A DNA stretch of 64,000 bases from assembly GCA_965227775.1 (NCBI GenBank), contig OZ245777.1:2336001-2400000 (forward strand). Reading direction: 5' to 3'. Position numbers and translations under genes: made by a program. The DNA is from Phycisphaerales bacterium. Lineage in GTDB: Bacteria; Planctomycetota; Phycisphaerae; Phycisphaerales; UBA1924. The notes beneath the pieces were generated by a model. The model had not been told where the DNA came from. It did no database searches and saw only the letters and a list, made by a program, of their open reading frames with translations. Below, piece by piece: positions 21,723 through 31,042 of this stretch (its first letter is position 1; each line of letters begins with the position of its first letter).

Positions 21723-22949
21723 TCAGTTCACGATCTGGCTCATCCGGAAGATCGGCAGGATGATGGCCATGGCGATGAAGCCGACAATGCCGCCCATAAC
21801 GATGATCATCACCGGCTCGATCAGGCTCGTAACAGCCTTGATCTGGTCCTTCAGCTGCTTCGCGTAGTACACCGACACCTCGTCGAGAACCTCGCCGAGC
21901 TTACCGGACTCCTCACCAGCCGAGATCATCTGGACCACCGCTCGCGGCAGCAGAGTCGTCTTGCTGAGCGGCAGGGAGATCTTCTTACCCTGCTTCACCG
22001 ACATGTACACGTTCCGCCACATCGCCTTGTAAAGGCGGTTGCCCGAGATGTCACCGGTGATCGCCAGCGTGTCGAGCATCGGCACGCCCGCGTTGATCAA
22101 CTGGCCCTTGGTGTGCAAGCTCCGGCTGATGTACAGCGAGCGGAACATGTTCTTGAAGACCGGTAGGGTCAGCTTCAGGCGGTCGGCCAGTAGCCCGCCG
22201 GGCTCGGTCTTGAGTGCCAGGAAGCCGGCCATGCCCAGGCCGAACACGCCGGCGATGAGGTATGGCCACTGCTGCTGGAGGAACTCACTCAGCCCCATGA
22301 GGAACTTCGTCGAGGCCGGCAGCGCGTCTTCCTTGCCCTCGAACACCGCCTTGAACTTCGGCAGCACGAACGTCAGCAGGAAGACCGTCACCGCGACGGC
22401 CATGGTCCCGATGATGCCCGGATAGATCGACGCGCCCACGACCATCTTGCGCGTCTCGATCTGCTGGGCGATGTAGCCCGCGATCCGGTCGAGCATCTGG
22501 CTGAACGAACCAGCCATCTCCGAAGCCCGGACCATGTTCACGTACAAGGGGCCAAAGAGCTTGGGATGCCGCGCGAGCGCCTCCGAGAAGCTCTTGCCGC
22601 TCTCCACGTCGGTCTTGAGCTGCTCGATAACCTTGCGGAAGCCGCGGTGCGATGTCTGATCGGCGATGCCCTCGAGGCTCGCCCGAAGGTTGATGCCGGC
22701 TCGGATCATCACCGCCAGCTGCGTGGTAAATTCGAGCACGTGCTTCTGGTTGGGCTTGCCCGAGTTGAGGTCGGCCAGCTTCTCGAGGATGGCCTGGCGC
22801 TGGATGCCGCCGCCAACGGGGTTGACCGCCAGGATGTGCAAACCCTGGTTGCGCAGCACCGTCGCCGCGGTCTGCACGCTGTCGGCCGACAGCACACCGA
22901 CCTGGATCTGGCCGCCCTGGCCCCGCACCTGGTAGCGATAGTTCGGCAT
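21723..22949 (-). CDS. pilC: Type IV pilus platform protein PilC / T2SS F family
   Basis: GKSFSEAL, ASEMAG, IYP, AGEESGKL, IEP...ILPIF. Confidence 0.92.
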   Translation of the reverse strand: MPNYRYQVRGQGGQIQVGVLSADSVQTAATVLRNQGLHILAVNPVGGGIQRQAILEKLADLNSGKPNQKHVLEFTTQLAVMIRAGINLRASLEGIADQTSHRGFRKVIEQLKTDVESGKSFSEALARHPKLFGPLYVNMVRASEMAGSFSQMLDRIAGYIAQQIETRKMVVGASIYPGIIGTMAVAVTVFLLTFVLPKFKAVFEGKEDALPASTKFLMGLSEFLQQQWPYLIAGVFGLGMAGFLALKTEPGGLLADRLKLTLPVFKNMFRSLYISRSLHTKGQLINAGVPMLDTLAITGDISGNRLYKAMWRNVYMSVKQGKKISLPLSKTTLLPRAVVQMISAGEESGKLGEVLDEVSVYYAKQLKDQIKAVTSLIEPVMIIVMGGIVGFIAMAIILPIFRMSQIVN

Positions 22950-22998
22950 CTCGAATCACACCCCTCGGGGCACAGCGCCCCATCTGGTACTACACCAC

Positions 22999-24054
22999 TC
23001 AGGCAACGAGCTGACGCTCCAGCTTGTCCGGGAACGCCGCCTGCGCAACGGCATCTTCCTTCGAGATCATCCCGTTGAAGTACAGCTCGGCGATCGACGC
23101 ATCCAGGCTGCTCATGCCGATCGAACGGTTCGTCTCGATCACGTTGGGGATCTCGAACGTCCGGTTCTCGCGGATCAGGTTGCGTACGGCCGGCGTGCAC
23201 AGCAGCGTCTCGACCGCGGGCACCATGCCCGGCTCGTCGATGCGGCTGAACAGCGTCTGACTCACAACGGCCTGCAGCGTGTTGGCCAGCATCGATCGGA
23301 TCTGGTTCTGCTGGCCAGCCGGGTACATATCGATGATGCGCTCGACGGTCTGGCTCGCGTTCACCGTGTGCAGCGTGCTGAGCACGAGGTGTCCCGTCTC
23401 GGCGGCGCTGATGGCCAGCGCGGTGGTCTCCAGGTCACGCATCTCACCCACGAGCACGATGTCGGGGTCCTGACGCAAGGCGTGCTTCAGGCCGCTGGCG
23501 AAGGTTGGCATGTCCTGGCCCAGCTCGCGCTGCTCGATTAGGCAGTGGTCGCTCTCGAAGGTGTACTCCACCGGGTCCTCGAGCGTGATGATGTGCTTGC
23601 GATACCGCTCGTTCATCGCCTGGATCATGGCGGCGAGCGTGGTCGACTTACCCGAGCCCGTATCGCCCGTCACCAGCACGAGGCCGCGCGGCAGGTACGT
23701 CAGGCGGGCAATGACCTCCGGCAGCGTCAGAGCGCTCAGCGGAGGAACCTTGGTCTTGATAGCACGAAGGCACAAGCCGACCTGGCCGCGCTGCAAGTGG
23801 GCATTCACGCGGTAGCGGCTCAGCCCCTCGATCTCGTACGAGAAGTCCGAGTCCTTCTGGCGATCGAACGTCTGCACGGCCTCCGGCGGCGCCATCTCTT
23901 CCAAGATGCCCCTCCCAGACGAGGGAGAGATCACCGGGAAGTCCATCGGCGTCATCACCTGATTCACGCGCATCACGGGCGGCTGCCCGGAAACGAGGTG
24001 GATATCCGAAGCGTTGGCCTTGTGGGCCACCTTGAGAACGTCGTGCAGGTTCAC
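22999..24054 (-). CDS. pilT: Type IV pilus retraction ATPase PilT
   Basis: ASDIHL, GDTGSGKSTT, TLEDPVE, VGEMRD, TGHLVLSTLH, AVRNLIRE; start GTG 24054 or TTG 24060. Confidence 0.93.
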   Translation of the reverse strand: MNLHDVLKVAHKANASDIHLVSGQPPVMRVNQVMTPMDFPVISPSSGRGILEEMAPPEAVQTFDRQKDSDFSYEIEGLSRYRVNAHLQRGQVGLCLRAIKTKVPPLSALTLPEVIARLTYLPRGLVLVTGDTGSGKSTTLAAMIQAMNERYRKHIITLEDPVEYTFESDHCLIEQRELGQDMPTFASGLKHALRQDPDIVLVGEMRDLETTALAISAAETGHLVLSTLHTVNASQTVERIIDMYPAGQQNQIRSMLANTLQAVVSQTLFSRIDEPGMVPAVETLLCTPAVRNLIRENRTFEIPNVIETNRSIGMSSLDASIAELYFNGMISKEDAVAQAAFPDKLERQLVA

Positions 24055-24238
24055 GCGCAAATCCCCCTCAGCGGGCGTCTTCGAGCCAGGCGAACGTCGC
24101 CGGCCTCAACGCTCACCATCGTCGCGATCGGAGGTCCACTCCTGCGCGCACGCCGACGGACACGGCAAGAAACGCCGGTTGTAACGGCGTTGCCCTCGAC
24201 CAACGTCCTGGTAACAAATCGGGGAGGCGGTTATCGCC

Positions 24239-24700
24239 CTATGCGCGGGCGGCCTCGTCCCGAGCTTCGACCGCGAGCTTGTCGGCCCGCTCGTTCTCGG
24301 GGTGGTCGTTGTGCCCGCGGACCCAGTGGAAGCTCAGCGTGTGCTGCTGCATCAGCTCGTCAAGCCGCATCCACAGATCCTGGTTCTTGACCGGCTGCTT
24401 GCTGGCCGTCTTCCAGCCGCGCTTCTTCCACGAGGCCATCCACTCGTTCAGCCCCTTGAGTACGTACTGCGAGTCCGAGTAGAGCTCCACGCGCGTTGGC
24501 TTCCCGAGCGCCTCCAGCCCGCGGATCACCGCCATCAGCTCCATCCGGTTATTGGTTGTCGGCTTCTCCCCGCCGTTATCGACCTTCTCAGAGCCCGACC
24601 CCGGATGCTTCAAGATGTACGCCCACCCGCCAGGCCCAGGGTTCCCCGAGCACGCGCCATCCGTGTACAGCTCCACCATCGGCAGCGATCCATCACTCAT
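24239..24700 (-). CDS. rnhA: Ribonuclease HI
   Basis: [36 protein letters not shown]. Confidence 0.97.
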   Translation of the reverse strand: MSDGSLPMVELYTDGACSGNPGPGGWAYILKHPGSGSEKVDNGGEKPTTNNRMELMAVIRGLEALGKPTRVELYSDSQYVLKGLNEWMASWKKRGWKTASKQPVKNQDLWMRLDELMQQHTLSFHWVRGHNDHPENERADKLAVEARDEAARA

Positions 24701-24957
24701 CGCCCATGCTAACCACCATCAGACCACAGGGCCCATCGCGACCTTCGCGAAGAAAATCTTCGCTCCATCACCGCCGAAGTGTGCAACTGTGCGGCGCTCC
24801 AAGGCAATCGGCTGGACGCCCCCGGCCTCTGCCGTAATCTCTCCACATGAAGCAAGCCAGCCGAACGCCCACGCCCTCCAAGCCGAACGCTCGCCTGCAA
24901 GCCCGCGAGGACGCCATCGCCCGGCGGTCGCGCACCCCACGCCGTACGATGGGCCCT

Positions 24958-27954
24958 ATGCCCACACACCGCCTCGAAGTCAGGCCCCTCCCCGATGCCG
25001 GCGACCCACGCGCCAACCGCCTCATGCGAGAGGCAAGCACCCTGGGCTACAAGCTCCAGGCCGTGCGCACAGCAAAGGTCTACCTGCTCGAGGGCGACCT
25101 CACCGACCAGCAGCGTGCCGCCATCGCCAGGGCCCTCCTGGTCAACCCCGTCACCGAGTCCCTCGCAACCGAAAACGGCCACGTGGGAGTCACGCTCGAG
25201 GTCCACCCCCTTCCCGGCGTCATGGACCCCGCCGCCCAATCAGTCGAGGAGGCCATCAAGGAACTGCTCGGCGTCGACGTCCAGGCCTCCACCGGCACCC
25301 GTTACGACCTCGAGGGCCTCGCCGCCGAAGACGCCAAGGCCCTGGCCGCCCGACTGCTCTTTAATCCGGTGGTGCAGGCGCTGCACGACCAGCCCTTCCA
25401 CCCCGAAGCCCTGCCGCACGGCGAGCCCTACGAATTCAAGCCGATCTCGGTCGAGATCACCACGCTCGACGACGCCGGCCTCGAACGCCTCAGCCGCGAG
25501 GGCCACCTCTTCCTGAGCCTGGGCGAGATGCGCGCCATCCAGCAGCAGTACCAGACCCTCGGCCGAGAGCCGACCGACATCGAGCTCGAGACCCTCGCCC
25601 AGACCTGGAGCGAGCACTGCGTCCACAAGACCCTCAAGAGCGACTACCACTACACCGGGCCGAAGAGCGACACCATCGACTGGCAGAACCGCCCGGGCGT
25701 GACGGTCCACGATGATGGCTCGGTCACGATCGCCAACCTCCTCAAGAACACCGTCGCCGCCGCGACGCACGAACTCATCGAGAGCGGCATCGACTGGACA
25801 CTCTCGATCTTCCACGACAACTCGGGCGTGGTCGCTTTTGACGATGACTATGGCGTGTGTATCAAGGTCGAGACCCACAACCACCCCAGCGCGCTCGAGC
25901 CCTACGGCGGCGCCGCCACCGGCATCGGCGGCTGCATCCGCGACATCATCGGAACTGGCCTGGCCGCCAAGCCCATCGCCAACACGGATGTCTTTTGCGT
26001 TGCGCCGCCCGATACGACGGACGTTCCCGCTGGCTGCATCCATCCCAAGCGAGTCCTGCGCGAGGTCGTCGCCGGCGTGCGCGACTATGGCAACCGCATG
26101 GGCATCCCCACGCTCAACGGCGCAGTTGAATTCGACCCACGCTACATCGGCAACCCGCTTGTCTTCGCCGGCTGCATCGGCCTCATCCCTCGAGACAAGA
26201 TCGACGGCGAGGCCCAGCCCGGCGATCGCATCATCGCGCTCGGCGGGCGCACCGGCCGCGATGGCATCCACGGCGCGACGTTCTCGAGCGCGGAGCTGAG
26301 CGACACCCACGCCGACGAGTTCAGCCACGCGGTGCAGATCGGTAACCCGATCGAAGAGAAGAAGGTCCTCGACGCCATACTTCGCGCACGCGACCAAGGC
26401 GATCGGCCGCTCTTCAGCGCCATCACCGACTGCGGCGCGGGCGGGTTCAGCAGCGCCGTTGGCGAGATGGGCGAGAAGCTCGGCGCCGATGTGCAGCTCG
26501 CCAACGCGCCGCTCAAGTACGCTGGCCTGACGTACACCGAGATCTGGATCAGCGAGGCCCAGGAGCGGATGATCCTCGCCGTTCCCGAGCAAAACGTGGC
26601 GGCACTCCAGTCCATCTGCGATGAAGAGGGCGTCGAGCTGGCCAACCTCGGCCACTACGGCACGCCCGACGCCGAGTTGATTCTGCGATACGGCGAGCAC
26701 GAAGTCGGCCGACTGCCCATGGCGTTCGTCCACGGCGGCATCCCGCGCGAGACCCTTCCGGCAGTGTGGTCGCCAATCGAACCGAAGACCAAGCCGGGCA
26801 GCAAACCCAACGTTGGCGATGCTCTGCTGAAGCTGCTGGCGCATCCGTCGATCGCGAGCAAGCACTGGATCATCCGCCAGTACGACCACGAGGTGCAGGG
26901 CAACACGGTGCTCAAGCCGCTGATCGGCCCGCCCGCCGAGGACGGCGCGAGCCGCGGGCCGGGTGATGCGTCGGTCATCGAGCCGGTGCCGGGCACCGGG
27001 CGCGGCGTGGCGATCGGCTGCGGCCTGCAGACGCGCGTCGGCGATCCGGCGATCGGCGGCGATCCGTACCTCATGGCGCTCGCGGCCATCGACGAATGCG
27101 TGCGCAACCTGGTGTGCGTGGGTGCCGACCCGAGCCGCATCGCCATACTCGACAACTTCTGCTGGCCCGGCGTGAAGGACGCCGAGAGCCTGGGGCACCT
27201 CGTGCGCGCCGCCATCGGCTGCTACGACGGCGCAAGGGCCTATCGCACCCCCTTCGTCAGCGGCAAGGACTCGCTCAACAACCAGTTTCGCACCGACGAC
27301 GGCACGACCATCCGCATCCCGCCCACGCTGCTGATCACGGGGTTGGGGATCGTGCACGACATCGAAAAGTGCGTCACGAGTGATGCGAAGCGTGCGGGTA
27401 ACACGCTGTTGTACATCGACACTATGCCCGGCGAGATAGACGAGTGGGCAGAGGATCTGCCGCGGATCGGGAACTCGGTGTATGGTCAGATGTTCGGCGC
27501 CGGGAATGGGTTCGACCCACGAATGCCAAGTATCAATCCCGTTCGTTGCGCCGCGACAAGCCAGATCGTCGCGGAATTGATCCGGGGTGGCGATGTGGTT
27601 TCCGCACACGACGTATCCGATGGCGGCGCGTTGGTCGCCGTTGCCGAGATGCTCATTGCCGGCTCGACCCGCGAGAAACCGCTCGGCGCCCAGATTGCCA
27701 GCTTTTACGGAGGTACCAGGGACACCGCATATTGGTTCGGTGAGCGTCCCGGTGGTTACATCATTGAGGTAGCCGATCCGTCGAAGGTGATGGGCTTGCT
27801 TGTCGATCTTGGTCAACGGCGTGGCGTCATGACCGGTACCAACATCATCGGCCCTATCACAAACTCAGGAGTCCTAAATCTCGATTCGGAGGGGAGCTTC
27901 AGCATTCCGGTGGCAGACCTTGCAGCGGCGTGGCGCGGTCCGCTCGATTGGTGA
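24958..27954 (+). CDS. purL: FGAM synthase subunit PurL with N-terminal PurS-like segments
   Basis: WSEHCVHK, KVETHNHPS, DCGAGG, SEAQERM, SGKDSL, SAHDVSDGG; N-terminal LLVNPV and GVMDP...LLFNPV are PurS-like. Confidence 0.95.
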   Translation: MPTHRLEVRPLPDAGDPRANRLMREASTLGYKLQAVRTAKVYLLEGDLTDQQRAAIARALLVNPVTESLATENGHVGVTLEVHPLPGVMDPAAQSVEEAIKELLGVDVQASTGTRYDLEGLAAEDAKALAARLLFNPVVQALHDQPFHPEALPHGEPYEFKPISVEITTLDDAGLERLSREGHLFLSLGEMRAIQQQYQTLGREPTDIELETLAQTWSEHCVHKTLKSDYHYTGPKSDTIDWQNRPGVTVHDDGSVTIANLLKNTVAAATHELIESGIDWTLSIFHDNSGVVAFDDDYGVCIKVETHNHPSALEPYGGAATGIGGCIRDIIGTGLAAKPIANTDVFCVAPPDTTDVPAGCIHPKRVLREVVAGVRDYGNRMGIPTLNGAVEFDPRYIGNPLVFAGCIGLIPRDKIDGEAQPGDRIIALGGRTGRDGIHGATFSSAELSDTHADEFSHAVQIGNPIEEKKVLDAILRARDQGDRPLFSAITDCGAGGFSSAVGEMGEKLGADVQLANAPLKYAGLTYTEIWISEAQERMILAVPEQNVAALQSICDEEGVELANLGHYGTPDAELILRYGEHEVGRLPMAFVHGGIPRETLPAVWSPIEPKTKPGSKPNVGDALLKLLAHPSIASKHWIIRQYDHEVQGNTVLKPLIGPPAEDGASRGPGDASVIEPVPGTGRGVAIGCGLQTRVGDPAIGGDPYLMALAAIDECVRNLVCVGADPSRIAILDNFCWPGVKDAESLGHLVRAAIGCYDGARAYRTPFVSGKDSLNNQFRTDDGTTIRIPPTLLITGLGIVHDIEKCVTSDAKRAGNTLLYIDTMPGEIDEWAEDLPRIGNSVYGQMFGAGNGFDPRMPSINPVRCAATSQIVAELIRGGDVVSAHDVSDGGALVAVAEMLIAGSTREKPLGAQIASFYGGTRDTAYWFGERPGGYIIEVADPSKVMGLLVDLGQRRGVMTGTNIIGPITNSGVLNLDSEGSFSIPVADLAAAWRGPLDW

Positions 27955-27961
27955 GCGCACG

Positions 27962-27991
27962 AGAAAGCCCGGCCTTGCGACCGGGCTTTCT
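27962..27991. terminator. Bidirectional intrinsic terminator after purL
   Basis: AGAAAGCCCGG-N8-CCGGGCTTTCT perfect 11-bp inverted repeat between convergent ORFs. Confidence 0.8.
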
Positions 27992-28008
27992 GTCGCGTAG
28001 TTGGTGTA

Positions 28009-28272
28009 TCAGAAGATCATGGGTGGGCCGGCGCGATCGCTTGCGCTGGTTCTGCCCTCGATTGCCCGACGCGCACGCTCGTTGAGCATGCCGGGCTGGT
28101 CGACGATGCCAAATCGGGCATTCGCGGCCAGGCACCATCGCCTGAATAATCGCAGCAGGCCGACGAAGCGAACGAGCTTCCAGGCGCCCCTGGCGATGGT
28201 GATGATGCCGAGAATCGTGGCGATCGCGGTGAGCGCGGGCGACCAGGACTCGGCGAATCGTTGCGACAACAT
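28009..28272 (-). CDS. Small single-TM, Arg-rich hypothetical protein (87 aa)
   Basis: SD GAGGAGG before ATG 28272; ALTAIATILGIITIA TM segment. Confidence 0.55.
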   Translation of the reverse strand: MLSQRFAESWSPALTAIATILGIITIARGAWKLVRFVGLLRLFRRWCLAANARFGIVDQPGMLNERARRAIEGRTSASDRAGPPMIF

Positions 28273-28484
28273 GGCGAACCTCCTCATGGCCGCGGGCGCG
28301 CACGCCGGCGGCAGAGCGGCGGCTCTCGCGCGGCACACCGTGCGCCTGCGAGAACCGCGAACAAGATGCGGGGGAGGCCGGCGCGATCAGACGCGTCGGC
28401 CGGGCAGCGCACGGACATCACGCGGGAGCGCGGTGTCGTGGCGATGGGTTGTGTTTCTGGGTGCCGGGCTGGGCCGGCGTGGCG

Positions 28485-28586
28485 TCAGGCCTTGAGAGGC
28501 TGTCGCGATACTCGATCATCTGTCCGATCGGTATCGAGGAGCATCGACTGGCCGTTCGCGGTGGTGATCAGGTTGAACTCGATCAT
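28485..28586 (-). CDS. Putative 33-aa peptide MIEFNLITTANGQSMLLDTDRTDDRVSRQPLKA
   Basis: Purine-rich SD (GGAGAGAGGGGG); upstream TTGACT-N16-TAGTGT. Confidence 0.4.
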   Translation of the reverse strand: MIEFNLITTANGQSMLLDTDRTDDRVSRQPLKA

Positions 28587-28684
28587 CGATGCCCCCTCTC
28601 TCCCCGGGACCTTCTGGCCGCTGCGGGGAATGTATTAGGGCGAACACTATCGGCATTCGGGATGCAGTCAATCCAGCAGTGCAC

Positions 28685-28711
28685 AAAAAAGCCCCGGCGT
28701 GTTGCCGGGGC
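28685..28711 (-). terminator. Intrinsic terminator of the 40-aa peptide gene
   Basis: GCCCCGGC-AACAC-GCCGGGGC followed by T6 on the minus strand. Confidence 0.85.
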
Positions 28712-28738
28712 CCAGGGGAGAGTCGCGCTGAGGCACGC

Positions 28739-28861
28739 TCAGGCGGTCGCCACCAGCAGCGTCAGGATGGCGCCAGCGAGGATGAGGCCCCCAAGGGCCC
28801 ACCGGGTGGCGACGTTGAGGCTGCAGGCGGTGGTGACGGGTGCTGCGATGATGTTCTTCAT
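28739..28861 (-). CDS. 40-aa membrane peptide MKNIIAAPVTTACSLNVATRWALGGLILAGAILTLLVATA
   Basis: SD AAGGAG, own promoter and terminator, host-like codon usage, C-terminal TM helix. Confidence 0.7.
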   Translation of the reverse strand: MKNIIAAPVTTACSLNVATRWALGGLILAGAILTLLVATA

Positions 28862-28905
28862 GGTGAACGCTCCTTGACTGGATTGCCGAGAAACGGACTC
28901 GTACA

Positions 28906-28961
28906 GTTCGCTATAGTGTACGATTGTTACTATCGTCGGTCAAGTGTTCGCAATAGAGAAC
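28906..28961. promoter_or_regulatory. Twin palindromic operators overlapping a sigma70 promoter
   Basis: GTTCGCTATAGTGTAC (28906-28921) and GTTCGCAATAGAGAAC (28946-28961); minus-strand TTGACC(28943-28938)-N17-TACACT(28920-28915). Confidence 0.7.
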
Positions 28962-28967
28962 TATTCG

Positions 28968-29576
28968 ATGACCAAGAGAACCGCCCCGACGCCCGAGCCT
29001 GCCACGTCCGACATTGGTGGTTCCGTGCGGGCCAAGCGTGAGCAGATGGGCATGACCCAGGCGGAGCTCGCCCGCCGCAGCGGGGTCAGCAAGGCCATGC
29101 TCTGCGATGTGGAAGCCGATCGAAAGAACCCGACGATCAGGCTGCTGGGCCAGATCGCCCTGGGCCTGGGCTGCGGCATCTCGGACCTTCTTGACCTGGA
29201 AGACAAGCCCGTCTTCACGGTCGATCGGGCGAAAGACCAGCGGGTGCTGGTCGACCCCGAGAACCAGATGGAACGACGGATCTTGAGCCGCACGCTGGTG
29301 AAGCAAGGCGTGGAGGTGTTGCACTACACCTATCCGGTGGGAAGCGATTGCGAGGGCTTCCCGCCCCATCCGCCAGGAAGCCTGGAGACGGCGTACGTGC
29401 TCGACGGCAAGGTGCGGCTCGAGGTTGGCGGCGAGCCCATCGAACTGGCGGCGGGTGATGCGGCGACGTATCGCGCCGATCTGGAGCACTCCACGACCAA
29501 CCTCGGCAAGAAGGCGGCGAAGATCATCTACGTGACGCACATCCCACGGCAGCAGGTCAAATCGCCGGGCAGTTAG
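28968..29576 (+). CDS. XRE-family HTH regulator with C-terminal cupin
   Basis: MTQAELARRSGVSKAMLCDVE...NPT; cupin HPPGSLETAYVLDG...GDAATYRADLEH. Confidence 0.9.
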   Translation: MTKRTAPTPEPATSDIGGSVRAKREQMGMTQAELARRSGVSKAMLCDVEADRKNPTIRLLGQIALGLGCGISDLLDLEDKPVFTVDRAKDQRVLVDPENQMERRILSRTLVKQGVEVLHYTYPVGSDCEGFPPHPPGSLETAYVLDGKVRLEVGGEPIELAAGDAATYRADLEHSTTNLGKKAAKIIYVTHIPRQQVKSPGS

Positions 29577-31036
29577 CGGAGCCCGTATTCACGCAGCTTG
29601 CGATAGAGCGTGCGTTCGCCGATGCCCAGGAGCTTGGCGGCCTGCTCGCGGTTGCCGCCGGTGAGGCGGAGGGTCTCGCGGATGGCGCGCTTCTCGATCT
29701 GCTCGAGGCTGGTGCCGGCGAGCGTGCCGGATGCGGCGCCGGCTTCTCCCTCGTCCTCGCCTGCGCGCACTTCGGGGGGGATGTGGCGGACTTCCAGCCG
29801 AGCCGCCGCGTCTTCGGCGGTCTCGCCGATCGCGGTGACGACCATGTTCTGGATGACGTTCAGGAGCTGGCGGACGTTGCCGGGCCAGTCGTACGCCGTG
29901 AGACGCATCAAGGCGGCGTCGCTGATTTCTGGAGCGGGCTGGGACAGCTGGTCGGCGAATCGGGCGGCGGCGTGTTGGGCGATGCGGGGGATGTCCTCGC
30001 GGCGTTCACGCAGCGGTGGTACGTGCACGTGGGCGCCGTTGATTCGGAAGTAGAGGTCCTCGCGGAAGGTGCCCTCCGTGATCATCTTGCGGAGGTCCTT
30101 GTTGGTGGCGCTGACGAAGCGGACGTCGGTCTTGCGGGGGTCGTTGCTGCCCAGGCGGACGACCTCGCCGGTCTCGAGCACGCGCAGCAGCTTGGCCTGC
30201 ATGCTCATGGGCATGTCGCCAATCTCATCGAGAAAGAGCGTGCCGTTGTTGGCGTACTCGAACACGCCCTCGCGGTCCTTCTCGGCGCCCGTGAATGCGC
30301 CGCGGACGTGGCCGAAGAGCTGATCTTCAAGAAGGCTCTCGCTTTGGCCCGCGCAGTTGAAGGCGACGTAGCGCTTTGCCGAGCGGGGCGAATTCTTATG
30401 CACGGCGCTGGCGATGAGTTCTTTGCCCGTGCCGCTCTCGCCCGTGATGAGCACGGCGATGTTGGATGGGGCGACTGTGCGCACGGTCTTGACGATCCGT
30501 CGCATTGGCTCGCTGCCGGCGATGAGGCCCTCGAAGCCGTCGTGCTGGACGAGGTCGCCGAGATCGCCCGACTCCTGGCGGAGTAGCACGGCTTCGGCGG
30601 CGCGGTTGATCAGGCTGCGGAAGACGGCCAGGTCGAGCGGCTTCTCGATAAAGTCGTATGCGCCCTCTTTGAACGCGTTGCGAGCGGTCGAGACGTCGCC
30701 ATGGGCGGTGACCATGACGGTCTCGGCGTCGGGCTGCAGGGCGCGAGCCGCTCGCAGGACAAGAAGGCCCGCGTCTGCACCTTCTGGACCAACGGCGGCG
30801 TCATCGTGGGCCTGCTGGCCGGCGGAGGTCGGCATGCGCAGGTCGGTCACGACCACGTCGAAGGCGCCACCCTTGAGCTCGTCCATGGCTTCGGCGACCG
30901 AGCCGACGATGGTGCACACGTGGCCGGGCTTGCGCAGCGCCTCGGCCATGGTGTCTGCGTGGTCGGGCTCGTCCTCGACGATCAGCACCTGGGCGGCCGG
31001 CGTTGCGGTTTTGGGGTTGTTGTCGGCGATGGCCAT
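29573..31036 (-). CDS. Sigma54-dependent NtrC-family response regulator
   Basis: REC (IVEDE, VTDLRMP, EKP), GESGTGKE, GAFTGA, FLDEIGD, WPGNVRQL, Fis-type HTH. Confidence 0.93.
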   Translation of the reverse strand: MAIADNNPKTATPAAQVLIVEDEPDHADTMAEALRKPGHVCTIVGSVAEAMDELKGGAFDVVVTDLRMPTSAGQQAHDDAAVGPEGADAGLLVLRAARALQPDAETVMVTAHGDVSTARNAFKEGAYDFIEKPLDLAVFRSLINRAAEAVLLRQESGDLGDLVQHDGFEGLIAGSEPMRRIVKTVRTVAPSNIAVLITGESGTGKELIASAVHKNSPRSAKRYVAFNCAGQSESLLEDQLFGHVRGAFTGAEKDREGVFEYANNGTLFLDEIGDMPMSMQAKLLRVLETGEVVRLGSNDPRKTDVRFVSATNKDLRKMITEGTFREDLYFRINGAHVHVPPLRERREDIPRIAQHAAARFADQLSQPAPEISDAALMRLTAYDWPGNVRQLLNVIQNMVVTAIGETAEDAAARLEVRHIPPEVRAGEDEGEAGAASGTLAGTSLEQIEKRAIRETLRLTGGNREQAAKLLGIGERTLYRKLREYGLR

Positions 31037-31042
31037 GGACGC

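Noticed and set aside
24061..24238. Possible c-di-GMP riboswitch upstream of pilT
   Set aside because: Only a short AACGCCG/CGGCGTT stem; the GEMM consensus elements are absent.
25240..27816. 858-aa antisense ORF (similarly 40060-41844, 40475-42946, 33765-35381, 5902-7587, 58495-60270)
   Set aside because: Shadow frames opposite well-supported genes; expected with high GC3 and carrying no recognisable motifs.
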